From assembly GCF_902652985.1 (NCBI RefSeq), contig NC_047020.1, positions 25,110,001-25,174,000 of the forward strand: a stretch of 64,000 bases of DNA, written 5' to 3'. The stretch is from Pecten maximus. Its lineage: Eukaryota. Both the position numbers and the translations under genes were made by a program. How positions within the stretch are numbered: the stretch's first letter is position 1; every line of letters begins with the position of its first letter. Of this stretch, positions 45,970-59,400 are shown piece by piece. A model generated the notes under the pieces. It made no database searches. It saw nothing but the letters and a program-made list of their open reading frames with translations, and was not told the origin of the DNA.

Positions 45970-48900
45970 TGTATGTACTTCTGTACAACTCCAGTCCAAA
46001 CTGTCAATCTTTTCGTATACATGAAACAAAGTTAGCCCTGGTGTTCATTTACAGCTAATGTTACATCTGATATGTAGATTTTAACCTAATAAATTGTTTA
46101 TTCTATAAACTTAAAACATATAAATCACTTCAATTGCCATGAACCAATTTTTTTCAAGTATTTTTTATATTACCCTAATACGATATATCAATTTGATCTC
46201 GCATATTATTCAATTCCTGTAATCGACTGGTTTTCAGTGATAAATTAAGCTGGTGTGATCAAATCAAAGATTGGTAAAGTTTACTGAATGTGACAAAATA
46301 TATCGTAGAAATAAACCCCAAGTGATTCATAATTATCCATTCTCTGCCTACATTGGATGTCAAAGTATTGTTATACCATTGTAACGACGGAGTGAAACAA
46401 AGGGACATAACTCTGAGAGATCAGAGTGATAGTTATGTTACACAAAAAGACCATCAGTTATCATACACAATGACTTCCTCTTTATTGTACGAAGGACAAG
46501 GCCCCCTTGGCATAGATCCATGCAGTTCTATAGGCGTCCTACAAGGAGCATGGTATATATTTTATATATATGGGGAATGACTATTATGTACGTTAAATTA
46601 CTACCATAATTTATATAAAGTTTTGGATTTACCGTAACTAATTATTTTTTCTACATCTCATTTGAGTCTATACACAAATATAACGACATGTATCACAATA
46701 TCTGTGTTCATAGCCATGGTGAAAATACAACAGCAATGATCTTGTGGTTTTAAGATTGCTAGGTCTGCAGGGTCAGATGAATAGTAAATGCACTTTCATT
46801 TCTGTTTATATTGAATTCTAGATACAATTTAAAAGCATGAACACAATTTTGAAAGCCTACTTTTTTGGTAAAAATCTGAGAATCTACATTATCAAATTTA
46901 ACTTTGAATGTCTTGATTATTAGAGTGAAAATGTTTAAATTACCTAGTAATTAAATTGAAATGGATTTTGAGCAGTTTTGCTCTAGGTCATGGACTCAAC
47001 TCAACAATTGGCTTTTTTTCAAGAAAATTAAGCAGCTACAAGAAGTTCACGAACCAAAGAAAATAAAAAAGATCAACAGCAAATATTCCAAAACAAAATA
47101 TCGGACCTAGCAACTTAGCGCAGTATAGTAGTACATTGTATTATGTATGTAAATATCAACAGTGAACTTGACAAATTACAGCTTTACCTGTCAAATGGCC
47201 TGACTGTGGAGTCGCATTATGTGGCCACCTGAATTAAAGCATCAGTTGATCTCCACTGAATCTGTGAGCTGTTCCTAGCATGGTGTACAACTATTGAGTA
47301 TGTCTATAAATAGCTATAAATAATTTACATAAATATATCATCAAAATCTCATTATTTACATACACATCTGTATAAAATTTGATAATAGTATACAACACAT
47401 CACAGTAGTGTAGGACGTATATAGTGTAACACTAAGACAAGAAGGCAGCTATTTGATTCCGTTTATCACTCGTCTAGAGTTGATATAAAAATAAGGCAAT
47501 TATAGGCAAATAATTTAACCTGAAACCATATTTGTTTATTTGAATAAACGTTTTTGATTTTAAAGTATGAATATGTTGCAGATATACAGTCCGTTTTAAA
47601 ATGATTATATTACTAGAATATTAATCACAATGCAGGCACATATGATATGTAGTCCTTGGGGTCAAGGAATTTATGGTATTCACAGAAATTTTGAAACCAA
47701 CCTTTTATCATAAGTGTGTTTCAATACTCCAGGGAGATAACCATTTACAGGACAATTCAATCCATTTTGTAAAATTACATAAAATCATTCTAATACAAAG
47801 AATTTTGTTCCATGGAATGTATTGAAAAAGACCAAACCATTGAGTATGGTATGATTAAAAAAATATCTGAAGAACTTTAGAATAAACCATTGACTATGGT
47901 ATGATTAAAAAATATCTAGTAGAACTTAACCTTTCATACTCTTTAGTACTTTAAAAGTGTATCTACAATTTAAATTTGAGGGAAATAATTAAGTTACATA
48001 AATACTTCTCTTTAATTCCAAAGGCATCAAATTATTTTGGAGATATATCGGTAACTGAAGAAATATACTAGTTAAAAGATAATAAATCAGAAGATGCAAT
48101 TATGTATGTAGCTCATTGATATTCCAATTATCAAAGTTTGTAAAGAAGTATCTGGTACAGTAGCATACACACACTATAGTTAATGGGTTAATTGACAAAT
48201 CTATATATTGCACACAACTGCTACATGATTCAAGCATTATTATAGCAATAACAGGATAATTTGAAAAAATGCAACAAGATTTCAAACTCCACCCAAATCT
48301 GTTCGAATGGATGATGCTATTTATATTTTGATAAATATAATTTTATTTTGTTTTCAAGCCTAATGTGACAAGTATGGAACATTAGACTATTTAGTGCAAC
48401 AATGAAAGAAGAAACCATTTGCTTCCAAACTGGAAGAGGGAGATGATTGATGGTGAAATGGATTAACAAGGTTTTGACTGGATAATCTTACCACAAACCT
48501 TATGTAATCGGATTCCTAGATATCCTGTCATTTTTTACCATACAGCTGTACTTCTACAATTTACTTAATATGAATCATATATCATAAGCACCCAGCATCC
48601 AAGTAATTTATTAATATCTCTGAGTGAGTCAGATAAGTCAGGATTTACTATACTATGGAATACCTTTAAAATGAAAAACAAGCTCTTTCAGATCTGGCAT
48701 TCATATGCAAGGTATACGTAGATGTATTATTTATATAAAATGACATCAAAATTTAAGTCACATTTATTTTTGTGTTGTGGGAGAAATATCTGATTCATGA
48801 TGATAAATTCTAGTTCATATATAATTAAGTTACTAAGAATTTATTCGCTTGTCAGGAATAGTTAGAAATCACAACCATATAGACTTTGATATCTTTTATA

Positions 48901-49121
48901 AAAGAACAACCCAATAATTTCAAATTGTTTGAAAAGTAATGTTATTTTTGTTGTTGTTTGAAGAAGCTTTAACAGTTCGGTAGCAGGTACTGTAACAAAA
49001 TGCGTTTTTTGGGGCATATAAAAAAGATTTTATAAAATCTACATGCAAGATATCCTCGAAATCCCAGGTTTATGACTACAAGTTTAATTCTCTGCATGAT
49101 GAAGTGATTACTGTAAATCAC

Positions 49122-50542
49122 TTATTAGCTCACCTGGTCCGAAGGACCAAGGTGAGCTTATGCCATACCGTTGCGTCCATCATCCGTCCGTCGTCTGTCC
49201 GTTGTCTGTCGTCCGTTGTCCGTCCGTCCGTCAACAATTGACTTCTTCTTCATAACCACTGATCAGAATTTGACCAAATTTTGTCAGAAGCATCCCTATG
49301 GGATGTGGACTCAAAATTGTACAAATGGTGGGGCTGACCCCCCAGGGGTCTGAGGGGCGGGGCCAAAAGGGGTCAATTTGGCTCTATTAGTATAAACGAC
49401 TTCTTCTCTGAAACCATGCAAAGGATATCGCTCCTATTTGCCTGGTAGCATCACTATGGCATGAGGATTCAAAATTGTACAAATGGTGGGGCTGACCCCC
49501 TGGGGGCCTGAGGGGCGGGGCCAAAATGGGTCAATATACCTATATTGATATTAACGACTTCTTCTCTGAAACCAAGCAATGGATCTTCGTCATATTTGCC
49601 TGGTAGCATCACTATGGGGTGGGGATTCAAAATTGTACAAATGATGGGGCTGACCCCCTGGGGGCCTGAGGGGCAGGGCCAAATGTGTTCAATTGGGCTA
49701 TATTGATATAAATGACTTTTTCTCTGAAACCGAGCAATGGATATTGCTCATATTTGCCTGGTAGCATCACTATTGGGTGGGGATTCAAAATTGTACAAAT
49801 GGTGAGGCTGACCCCACGGGGGCCTGAGGGGCGGGGCCAAGAGGGGTCAATTTGGCTAAATTGATATGAACAACTTCTCTTCTGAAACTAAGCAATGGAT
49901 ATCTCTAATATTTGACTGGTAGCATTCCCTTGGGTTAAGAATTCAAAATTGAACAAATGACAGGGCCAACCCCTTTGGGGCTGAGGGGCGGGGCCAAAAG
50001 GGGTCAATTTGGCTAAATTGATATAAACAGCTTCTCTGAAACTAATCAATGGATATCACTCACCTTTGTATGTAGCATGGTCATGGGGTGGGGATTCAAA
50101 ATTGTACAAATTTTAGGGTTGACCCCACCAGGGGGCTGAGGGGTGGGGCCAAAAGGGGTCAATTTGGCTAAATTGATAAGAACAACTTCTTCTCTGAAAC
50201 AGCTCATATTTGACAGGTAGCATTCTTTTGGGTAAGGATTCAAAATTTTATAAAGGAAGGAACTGACCCCCCAGTTGCAGAGGGCAGGGTCAAAAGGGGT
50301 CAATGGGTTTAAACAACTTCTTTTCTGAAACTAAGCAATGGATATCACTCACATTTGTGTGGTAGCATCCCTAAGGGGTTGCGCCAAAAGTCATTTTTTG
50401 GCATAAAAACCTCACATACCCATATAAAATGCCTATGATATATTGACATAGCAATACCAGTGACAAATATACTTAAATCATCATTCTTGTTTCATATATC
50501 ATAAAATCCAGGTGAGCGATACAGGCCCTCTGGGCCTCTTGT
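49122..50542 (+). mobile_element. Non-autonomous Helentron (HINE; pearl/DINE-1-like) with internal 158-bp satellite array
   Basis: 5' subTIR AGCTCACCTGG with inverted partner AGGTGAGCT, a (CCGT/CTGT)n microsatellite and ~7 core repeats. Repeat starts are 49311, 49469, 49627, 49785, 49943, 50096 and 50240. 3' CCAGGTGAGC plus hairpin AGGCCC-TCT-GGGCCT. Confidence 0.9.
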
Positions 50543-53209
50543 ATTTTGCATTGAATTTATTTTCACGTTATTACATGAGAAGTTTCAATTCAATTCCTTA
50601 TTTGTACAAAAAAAAAAGGTTTTTTTTTTGGATGATGGCAAAGCTATTGGTTATCAATATATGTGTCTTGCAATTCCATGACTCTAATCGATCATCATTT
50701 GTATATTTAAAGTCATTTCCAAATCAGCGTTTACAAAATCATGTATTAGCAAATATGTCTGAAGAGGTTGGTGAAATTAAGTATTTGCAAAATCTAAGTA
50801 TTTTACAGTACTTAAAGCAAAGGTATGTCTGCTAACCCTTGGATTTAAAAGATGTGTGTGACTGCACAAACAACAGAGTCAAGTTAATGAATGACGAGAC
50901 GGAAAAGTTTAGTCATAATATGGGTTGAAAGCATTGAAAATTTGCTCCTCATACACAAGTACTACAATAGAAAATATTACAACTACCAAAAATGAGGATC
51001 TTAATACAGAAATCTTCAACAGAGTCTTACACATTTCAATGTAACAAAAAAGTGTCTTATAAAAAAATGTATAAAACTTAACAGAACAGTCTTGTGTATA
51101 ACAAACTAGATTTTGATGAGTGACTAGAAGTGAATTAGGAATGTGCAATATGGTAGTTCCTTATGGGTACATTGTATCTGATGCATGTGTTGTGAATATA
51201 AATGATGAGCCGATGATTTTTAAATACTATTAAACAGATTTTGCATCAGAATTTGTTCAACATAGATTTACCAAGTGACAAATACAATACATATAAGTGT
51301 TCAAAAGCCTTACACTAAAAAAAAAAGAAATGCTGTAGTTTTGGAATGTTCATTTGTAAAACAAATACTTATGGATGACAGAATTGTAATAAATATTTAT
51401 CACAAATTTTACAGATCTACATACCTGTACGATATATGTACACAAAACAAACTTGGAATGAAAATTTGAAGACAAAACATACAAATACAAAATATATCCT
51501 GTGTAGGACTAAATATATTCAGTGAATGATATAGAAAACGGTACACATTGAAAAAGGAGGTAGGTAAGTTTACTTAAGGTACAATAATTACAATGCTGTG
51601 TAGAAAACTTGTGAGACACTGATCTTAGTAATGATTCACTATTATACAGCTGGTAACTATATTATATATATCATATACCGACAGACAGATAGACAGAGGC
51701 TATAGATAGAAGTTTATATTATAATAATGAGTTTAAATTTACTTATGAAGAAGTGTATACATATACAGTACTTAAATATTAACACAAGTAAAACAGGACG
51801 GATGCTGTAAATAAACACATTCTCTGTACTGTAGATAAGATTTTGTTTATGTTCAGGACAGATACAACAGACTTGCCTACTGGACGGACACAAAGTAAAT
51901 GAGGAACACAATATGAAAAGAAATGTAAAATAAGATAAAGGGCTCTAGTTATACTGGGACATATATGTATCTCATCCATCATTCTCAAAAATGTATAAAA
52001 CCATTTCAATAAAATAAGATATCATTATGTAATAAAAACCTTGAAATGAGATAATACTAATTATTACATTTTGTGTATGTATATATATATGGCTAAGCTT
52101 ACACTAGTATAACTTATAATTATAGTCAAAAACTAAAACATCATTTACCATGATAAAATATAACGACAGTTTGGGAAACATTTGTATAAAGTATACTAAT
52201 TTGACTAACACACATGATGCACACCACACATATATATTTGTCAATAAGAGTCAAGGTTTACTACATCTAGCACTCAATGCTTCATTGACAACAAAGATGG
52301 CTGATATTGACATCAGTGAGGAAACGAGATTCAAGTCTCCTGAAACTACCAAACATTTCAAACCAGACACTTTTTGTCTGGCAGATTCTGGCTGCTCACG
52401 TACACACTTGTATTAATCTATTGATCAGTCACTACTAAAAATCATTCTCTCACATCCATACTTATAGCTTCTCATCTCATGAATTCTAGCTTTCATACAA
52501 ATAAGCCTGTTCACAACTTCACACTGCTGGCTGTGTATACTTCACCTAAACATACAACAGGTTGTAACCAAACCATACAACTATGGTAAGGTATATATAG
52601 CTGTCAGACACATCTTAACAGTATAATATCACTAACAATGTATAGGTCTTAAACACACTATACTGAAGATTAACATAACAAGTGCTAAAACTGTAACTAC
52701 AACATTTGTCAAAATCTGCAGTGTCATAATTACACTGTTAAAATCTATACCACATGTACATTTAATAATCTATAGGCATGCCTTGGTGTTTATACTAGCA
52801 AATAATGTTGCACTAAAACAAATCCAACAGCTCTGTAAAATTAAAGCAGAATATGTTCTTTTGCTGGTTTTAATCCTTGACTACTCCATTTTATATACAT
52901 GGGAATATATATATAATACAGTAATGAATTTGCTGTAGTAGCTTATCTCAAGTTTATTTTTAAATATAATTAGAATTAGGAATTTTTGTTTTTATAAATA
53001 GAATAAAATGATTTTTCAAAATTCAGAAACAAACAGATGCTATTGAAAATTCTTTATATTGAATCCATATTTTTGAGAAAACAATATTGTATCTAGACAC
53101 AGAGGAATATGAATACGGTAATACTAAATATTTAGTTATCAAATCATCCTTGCAACTAAACCATATAACTTTACAGACTCTGAACTGTATAAACTACTGC
53201 TAACACTGG

Positions 53210-53416
53210 GTCTGTCCTAACAAGGACAGGGTAAATCTTGTGTTACTTCGGACATGTGATCAGTCATCCATGAGTTACCCTGTCCTACCTGAAGGACAGT
53301 GTAAATCTTGTGTTACTTCGGACACGTGATCAGTCATCCATGAGTTACCCTGTCCTACATGAAGGAAAACATGAATCCTGTGATATTTTGGATAATGGTC
53401 AGTCATCCATGAGTGA
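53210..53416. repeat. ~70-bp tandem repeat (x3) overlapping the kinase stop codon
   Basis: CAGTCATCCATGAGT at 53261, 53331 and 53400. Confidence 0.85.
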
Positions 53417-56400
53417 CCAACTACTGGCCACAGACTGTGGTGGACTGTTCGGGTCTTCTCCTAGAGCCATCCGCCTGCTGGAAACAGCCTGAAAAAATAG
53501 TGTATCCATGATGTATTTTTCAGTAACTCTTTAATACTTCATACAAGTACAAGTGTATATGGAATCTTAAATATTTATATACATTACGACCAGGAGTCAT
53601 GATCAGCAACTTAATCTCTTAATTACTTATAAAAGGCCAAAACATAACCTCTGACTCGGATGTCAAAATAAAATTCCTGACGCTAGATTATTTTGTTGTT
53701 CAAAATTATTAATGTCACAAATTATCCAAAAAGTTTAGGGGAGGGCTTATTTGTGAACCGCTTTAAGCTTACTATTTTAAAAAGGATGATTCTGCAAAAA
53801 TGAAGAAGGGCACTTATTTGAGAATAAACAAGCATGCTGGGTATTGCTAAAGCAATACATGTCCCCTACCGATCCCCGCCAAAAATTGTAACAGTGATCT
53901 TGACCTTGACCCAAAAACCCTGAAAGTCGAACTTGATCTGTAGGTACTAATACTGAAGTTACATTCCAATTTTCATCAACACACCTTGTCAATGAATACC
54001 TCGAGGTAAATGGCTGAGAAAAGTGTGGAAAACAACTGAGTGGACGGACCGACAGACGGACAGGGAGGAGCCCTGTATAGTCCCCATGGTTTCACAGGTA
54101 GGGGACTAATAAGACTCTGCCATATTGTCTATGGAATATTTCAGTCTATCTTTCAAAATACACAGAGAACATGCATGTACATTAATCCTAGTAACAAACA
54201 ACTGCAATGTTTGATAATAAAACCCCCCTAAATGTACAAAATGTATCTGACCTTTTTGAGTATTTCTGCAATGGACACCATGGTACTCTTTTTGACATGT
54301 CTGAGGTCATGAAGTTGACTTGGGTGAGGTTTGGAGGTGGAGTGTAGGACTTCTCTTTGATCACGTAGATCCTTGGACTTTACTAAAAGTGGAGAATTGT
54401 CCATATTCTCTGTTGGAGGAATTCCACATTGCAATCCACGGTTAGTAGCACGTGATGGCTGCGGGAGGTCCTTAGAAATGATGGCAGGCTTAACAACCTG
54501 TTTCTTGCCACTTGTCACTGCGAGAATTGGGGGTGGGGGTGGGGCAGGCGGTGGTGGTGGTGGGACCGATGGGGGAGGGGATTGAGATGCAATGTGTTCA
54601 GTCTCTACACCATTTTGAAGATTTCTTTTATTTGGACTAGGTACATCACATTTCATGCGTGAAAGTGAATCATCAGTAGACTTTCTTTTGACTGTAGAAT
54701 GATACAGATTTCCTGTGGGTCCATTATTTTTCCTGCCTGATTTGTGTTTTTGTTGATTGGACTGCAAGGAAAGTAACTGGCCAGATGTTTTTTCATCTGC
54801 AGAATTCTCTTGATCTGAGAAATGTCCTAGATTTTGAAGTTTATTACTTAGCTCAGCCATCCAATTTGTAGATGATCCAACTCTGGGTTTCTCATTGACC
54901 TGATCGGACTTCAAACTTTTTGTCGGGGTTTCAGCTGTTTTCAATCCAGTAGGTTTAGGCTTCATCTGAGGTCTTGGGCTTGCTCGAGAATTTTTTGGGT
55001 AATTATCTAAATTATCCTCGAGGCTGTCTCGTAACTGTGGTGAATCGAGACTATCAGAATCAATACTGCCAACACTTTGTACCTCAATGTCCTGTGATAT
55101 ATTGAGGCTGTCCCGACTGATATTCCCAGTAGTCTTTTTTTTGAAGCTGAGTAGAAGCTGGTGATTTGCTTTGATCAATCACTGCCCCACGTGGGTCAAC
55201 TTCCATTATGCTTGACACAGATGGTGGGCTGTCCTGTTTACTTTTCCTCAGAGACTTTCCTGTATTGATGACTTGACGCTGGAATTCCTTTGCATCTCTT
55301 CCTGATCTTGGAGTTACTTGTACACTGGCCTGAGCACAAATATCCACCTTGTCATTTGATTTTTGTGTCACATTTTGTACACTTTTCCTTAAAACATTTT
55401 TGCTATTTCTCACTTCACTTAGTAAATTTTGTCTTAAATCTACAGATGATTTTCCTTTTATCTCAACATCACTACTATTGCGGATGTCACTCATAAGACT
55501 TTTTCTCAAGTCTCCACTTTTTTTGCTGAACTCCAAGCTGTCACTGTTACGGAATCCTTGCATCACACCTGTTCGGCTATCAGTTTGTCCTGTTCCTGAG
55601 TTTATTGAAGTAGTAGAATTAGTACTCATATCTCTGGAATTGTTATTACAATTTGGCTGTGGAGAATTAATCTCCTTTCTTGGAGAGCTAGACACCACAG
55701 GATTTTTTACATCATAAGAATGTTTGACATCAGTGCAACTAGCTGTAAAACTCTTTCTGACACTGATCTGATTCTGGTGATACTTGTCAGTTTCTGTACT
55801 ATTTCTTATTGACCTTTGACTTTCTGCAGTTTTACTGTTTCTGACATTTTCCATCCCATCCTGGAAAACTTGAGAACTTCTCCAAGTGTCTTGACTATTC
55901 CTGAGAGACCTAGCCGTATCTGGTGAACTTTTAAAAGGATTTGTATCTGGGGAACTGCGACTGCTCCTTAAAGATTTAGGTGTCCCTTGGGAACTATCCT
56001 CTCTCCCTGTGGGTATGACAAGAGGTTCAACAGGCTTTCGATGTGATTCACTATTCATTTGTGCAAAATGTTCTCGTGGAGACCGAACAGAGTTTATTTT
56101 TCTTGGACTCAAATCTCTTGATTGGAGAACTTCATTCAAAACATCCTGAGATTTTCTATTAGCACTTGTTGGCCTAATTTCGGCTGACCTGTTAGTATAA
56201 TCGCTTTGATTTGGTGATGGAGAGCGCTGACTGACTTTGCTAGATCCTTCCTCTGGTTCTGGGTATGTACCAAATGATCGTTTGAGTTTTATATCCTCAA
56301 TGAGACTTTTGGCATTGGCAGTGTCTAGAGAGTTGGTGACAAGACTGATTAAGGTTCGGGTAGAGTGTACATCCTCCAGTGCCTCTGGAGGAACTCCTGC

Positions 56401-59400
56401 CTCGCGAAACAGATCTTGCCACTCAGAGGGAAATGTCATATCTTCCAACTGTGTCAGGATATCCTGTAGCAAAGAGTGTACAACAAATTACACACATGTT
56501 AAATGACTTATCAAACAGCTGTTTTACCCAAATATAAGTTTATGCATATTTGATTAATATTAAAGAATAATTGACACATCTAGAAAACTAATTGTTTTTT
56601 CTTGTACATTAATTGTTTCAAAATTTGCTAAATCCTTCAATTTGAATTTGAATGAGTTATCTCCCTTGCATCAGATAACCAATTACACATCAATGATGGC
56701 ATCTCTTGTGTCAAATACTGTATACAGGTGCAAGATAGACTGAACAAGACTGAAAAGTTTAAGATTAGGTTCAGAATGAGATTTCCTGGTCAAATGGACA
56801 TATATTAAAACTAGAGGTAATACCTGGTACAATATGCATGTGCATGATAAAAAATTCCAGAAGGAATATATATGACTCATTAAATTGTCATTATATTTTA
56901 AGTTTATAGATTTTTATTACAATAACTTATTAAGGTTTTTTCTTGTTAGTACTAAAAAAAAGTCCAAGTTCAGAGGCATTGTTGATTGAATGGCTTTAAG
57001 CATTTTACCTTGAAGGGAGGTCGTTTGGATGGAACAGGTGCCCAACACTGCTGTACAAACTTGGCCAGTTCTGTAGGACAGCTTGGGGGTATCTCAGGTC
57101 TCTTGTTCAATCTTACCCTCTCCAGAACCTAAAAAAACAGTACCACTGATTATCAGTGGATACCATCTGTACCTTACTTATACCCCATTCCCACATCATG
57201 ATTAACATACTAAAATTCATACGCCATGATTCCCATACTAAAATTCGCACATCATGATTCCCATACTAAAATTCACACACCATGATTCCCAAACTAAAAT
57301 TCACACACCATGATTCCCAAACTAAAATTCACACACCATGATTCCCATATTAAAATGCACACACCATGATTCCCATATTAAAATGCACATACCATCATTC
57401 TCATAGTAAAATTCACACACCATGATTCCCATACTTAAATTCACACACCGTGATTCCCATACTTAGATTCACACACCATGATTCCCATACTTAAATTCTC
57501 ACACCATGTCATGATTCCCATACCTAAATTCACACACCATGATTCCCATACTTAAATTCACACACCATGATTCCCATAACAAAATGCACAACCATGATTT
57601 TCATACATGTACTTCACACACCATGATTCCCATTAAAATCTGAACGACATGATTCCAAACTAAAATCACACACCATATGATTCTCATACTAAAATTTACA
57701 CACCATGATTCCCATAGTAAAATGCACACATCATGATTTCCACACATGTGCTTCACATACCATGATTCTCATACCATGATCCCAACATCATTATTCTTCT
57801 CATAGCACAAATCCCACACTAGTGTTTTCAATACCATATACTGTAACCAGAGTATCGTATCCCATTCAGATACCATAATTTCCTATGGACTACATACAAT
57901 AAAGGATTTAATTAAACAAGGTACACTGTGCCAGCAGGTAACTTTAATTTTTTCACAGCTTACCTGGAACACTGAACATCCGTCATATGGCTGTTTTCTC
58001 GTCAACATTTCCCAGAGTATAATACCAAAGCTGTACACGTCAGCCTTGGGAGTAAGCTCCCCTGTCTCCAGGAGCTCGGGGGCCATCCACGCAGGGCTGC
58101 CATGGACTGGTTTAGATTTTGATATCTTTGTGGCCTTCAAGTTAGCATCATATCTGTGATTACAATTTTACATAAGGATTAGCTGTATCGATTATTAATC
58201 TGTACATATAACACTATGTGTGACTTACAATTTATTTTATCTTTAAAACAATATCACATCTAGTTTTCAATTGTACATTTCCAAAAGTGAGATAAAAATG
58301 AAAGAGAAATCATAAAGACTCTGTTAATATTATTTGAAGAATTAGGCCTTATAATGACTACAAGTGAGTGTGGAAAAACCATGGGTTACTGACTTACACT
58401 ATACATTGTAAATTTATACAAACATGTCTACAAATTATACTCGGAAAGAGGGAAACAAAAATATTCAATTCAAAATTTTAATCCTGCTGGTCACAATATT
58501 TCAATCTTGAAAATCCTGAAAAATATGTGGGAGACAGTGCCAACTGATCTAAAAAAAACTTTAACAACCAAATGGAGCCTTTAAATGTTTACTAGCTATT
58601 ACACTGATGTGTCCTTTTAGGAGTACATACTATATGGTGGCCAAGAAATGCTTGATACAAATCGCTCTGCCATTAACGTGTAATATAAACCTATAATATA
58701 TTATGTGTATATATAAAAGACTTTACATAGCAACTTAGACTTCTGTTTTAGAACTAAACTTACCAACATGTTTTAGAACTAAACTTACCAACATATTAAG
58801 GTGAAAATCTTTTCCTAAAGACTGTTCATACATAATATTCATATACCAGTAAATGTTTTCATTGGATAAGAAGTTCTAGAGAGAAGAATGTATTAACTAA
58901 TGGATGAACTTGAATATCACATCAAAATAGGTTCTGTCTACAGGGGATCACAATCACACAACAAATATATTTGATATTCCATTAAGCTGAAAAAAATGCC
59001 ATAAATAAGCGACGGCATGCGTGCATGTCTTTATAATAGAAGAAAATTCCAGCGAGCTTGAATGTGTCACAGAAAACTGAGGTACACACATGATCACTCT
59101 GTAGTGGGTAGGAGGTATACACAGGAACTAAATATAGTGGCTCTCATCTGTTACACATCACTTTCATCTCTCAGTAAATTATTAATGTTTCTACAAATTA
59201 ATATGTCTTTAAATCAAGTTTTCTGTAAAATATAAGAATTTGCAACACTATTATACAAACAATATATCAGGGTGTACATTTGTATATTGCCAATGAATTT
59301 TAAACAGCTAGAACAGAAATGTGGTTACTTGATATATTGTATGTCAAAAGAATTTTAATATGATGTATTTTACCAAACAAACCAGATTTGTATACAAATT

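Noticed and set aside
47835-47927. ~49-bp direct duplication (a similar 25-bp one lies at 58744-58793)
   Set aside because: Ordinary local slippage duplications.
55135-55142. Programmed -1 ribosomal frameshift at an A-run slippery site
   Set aside because: Joining the ORFs needs a +1 shift, not -1; a homopolymer error is simpler.
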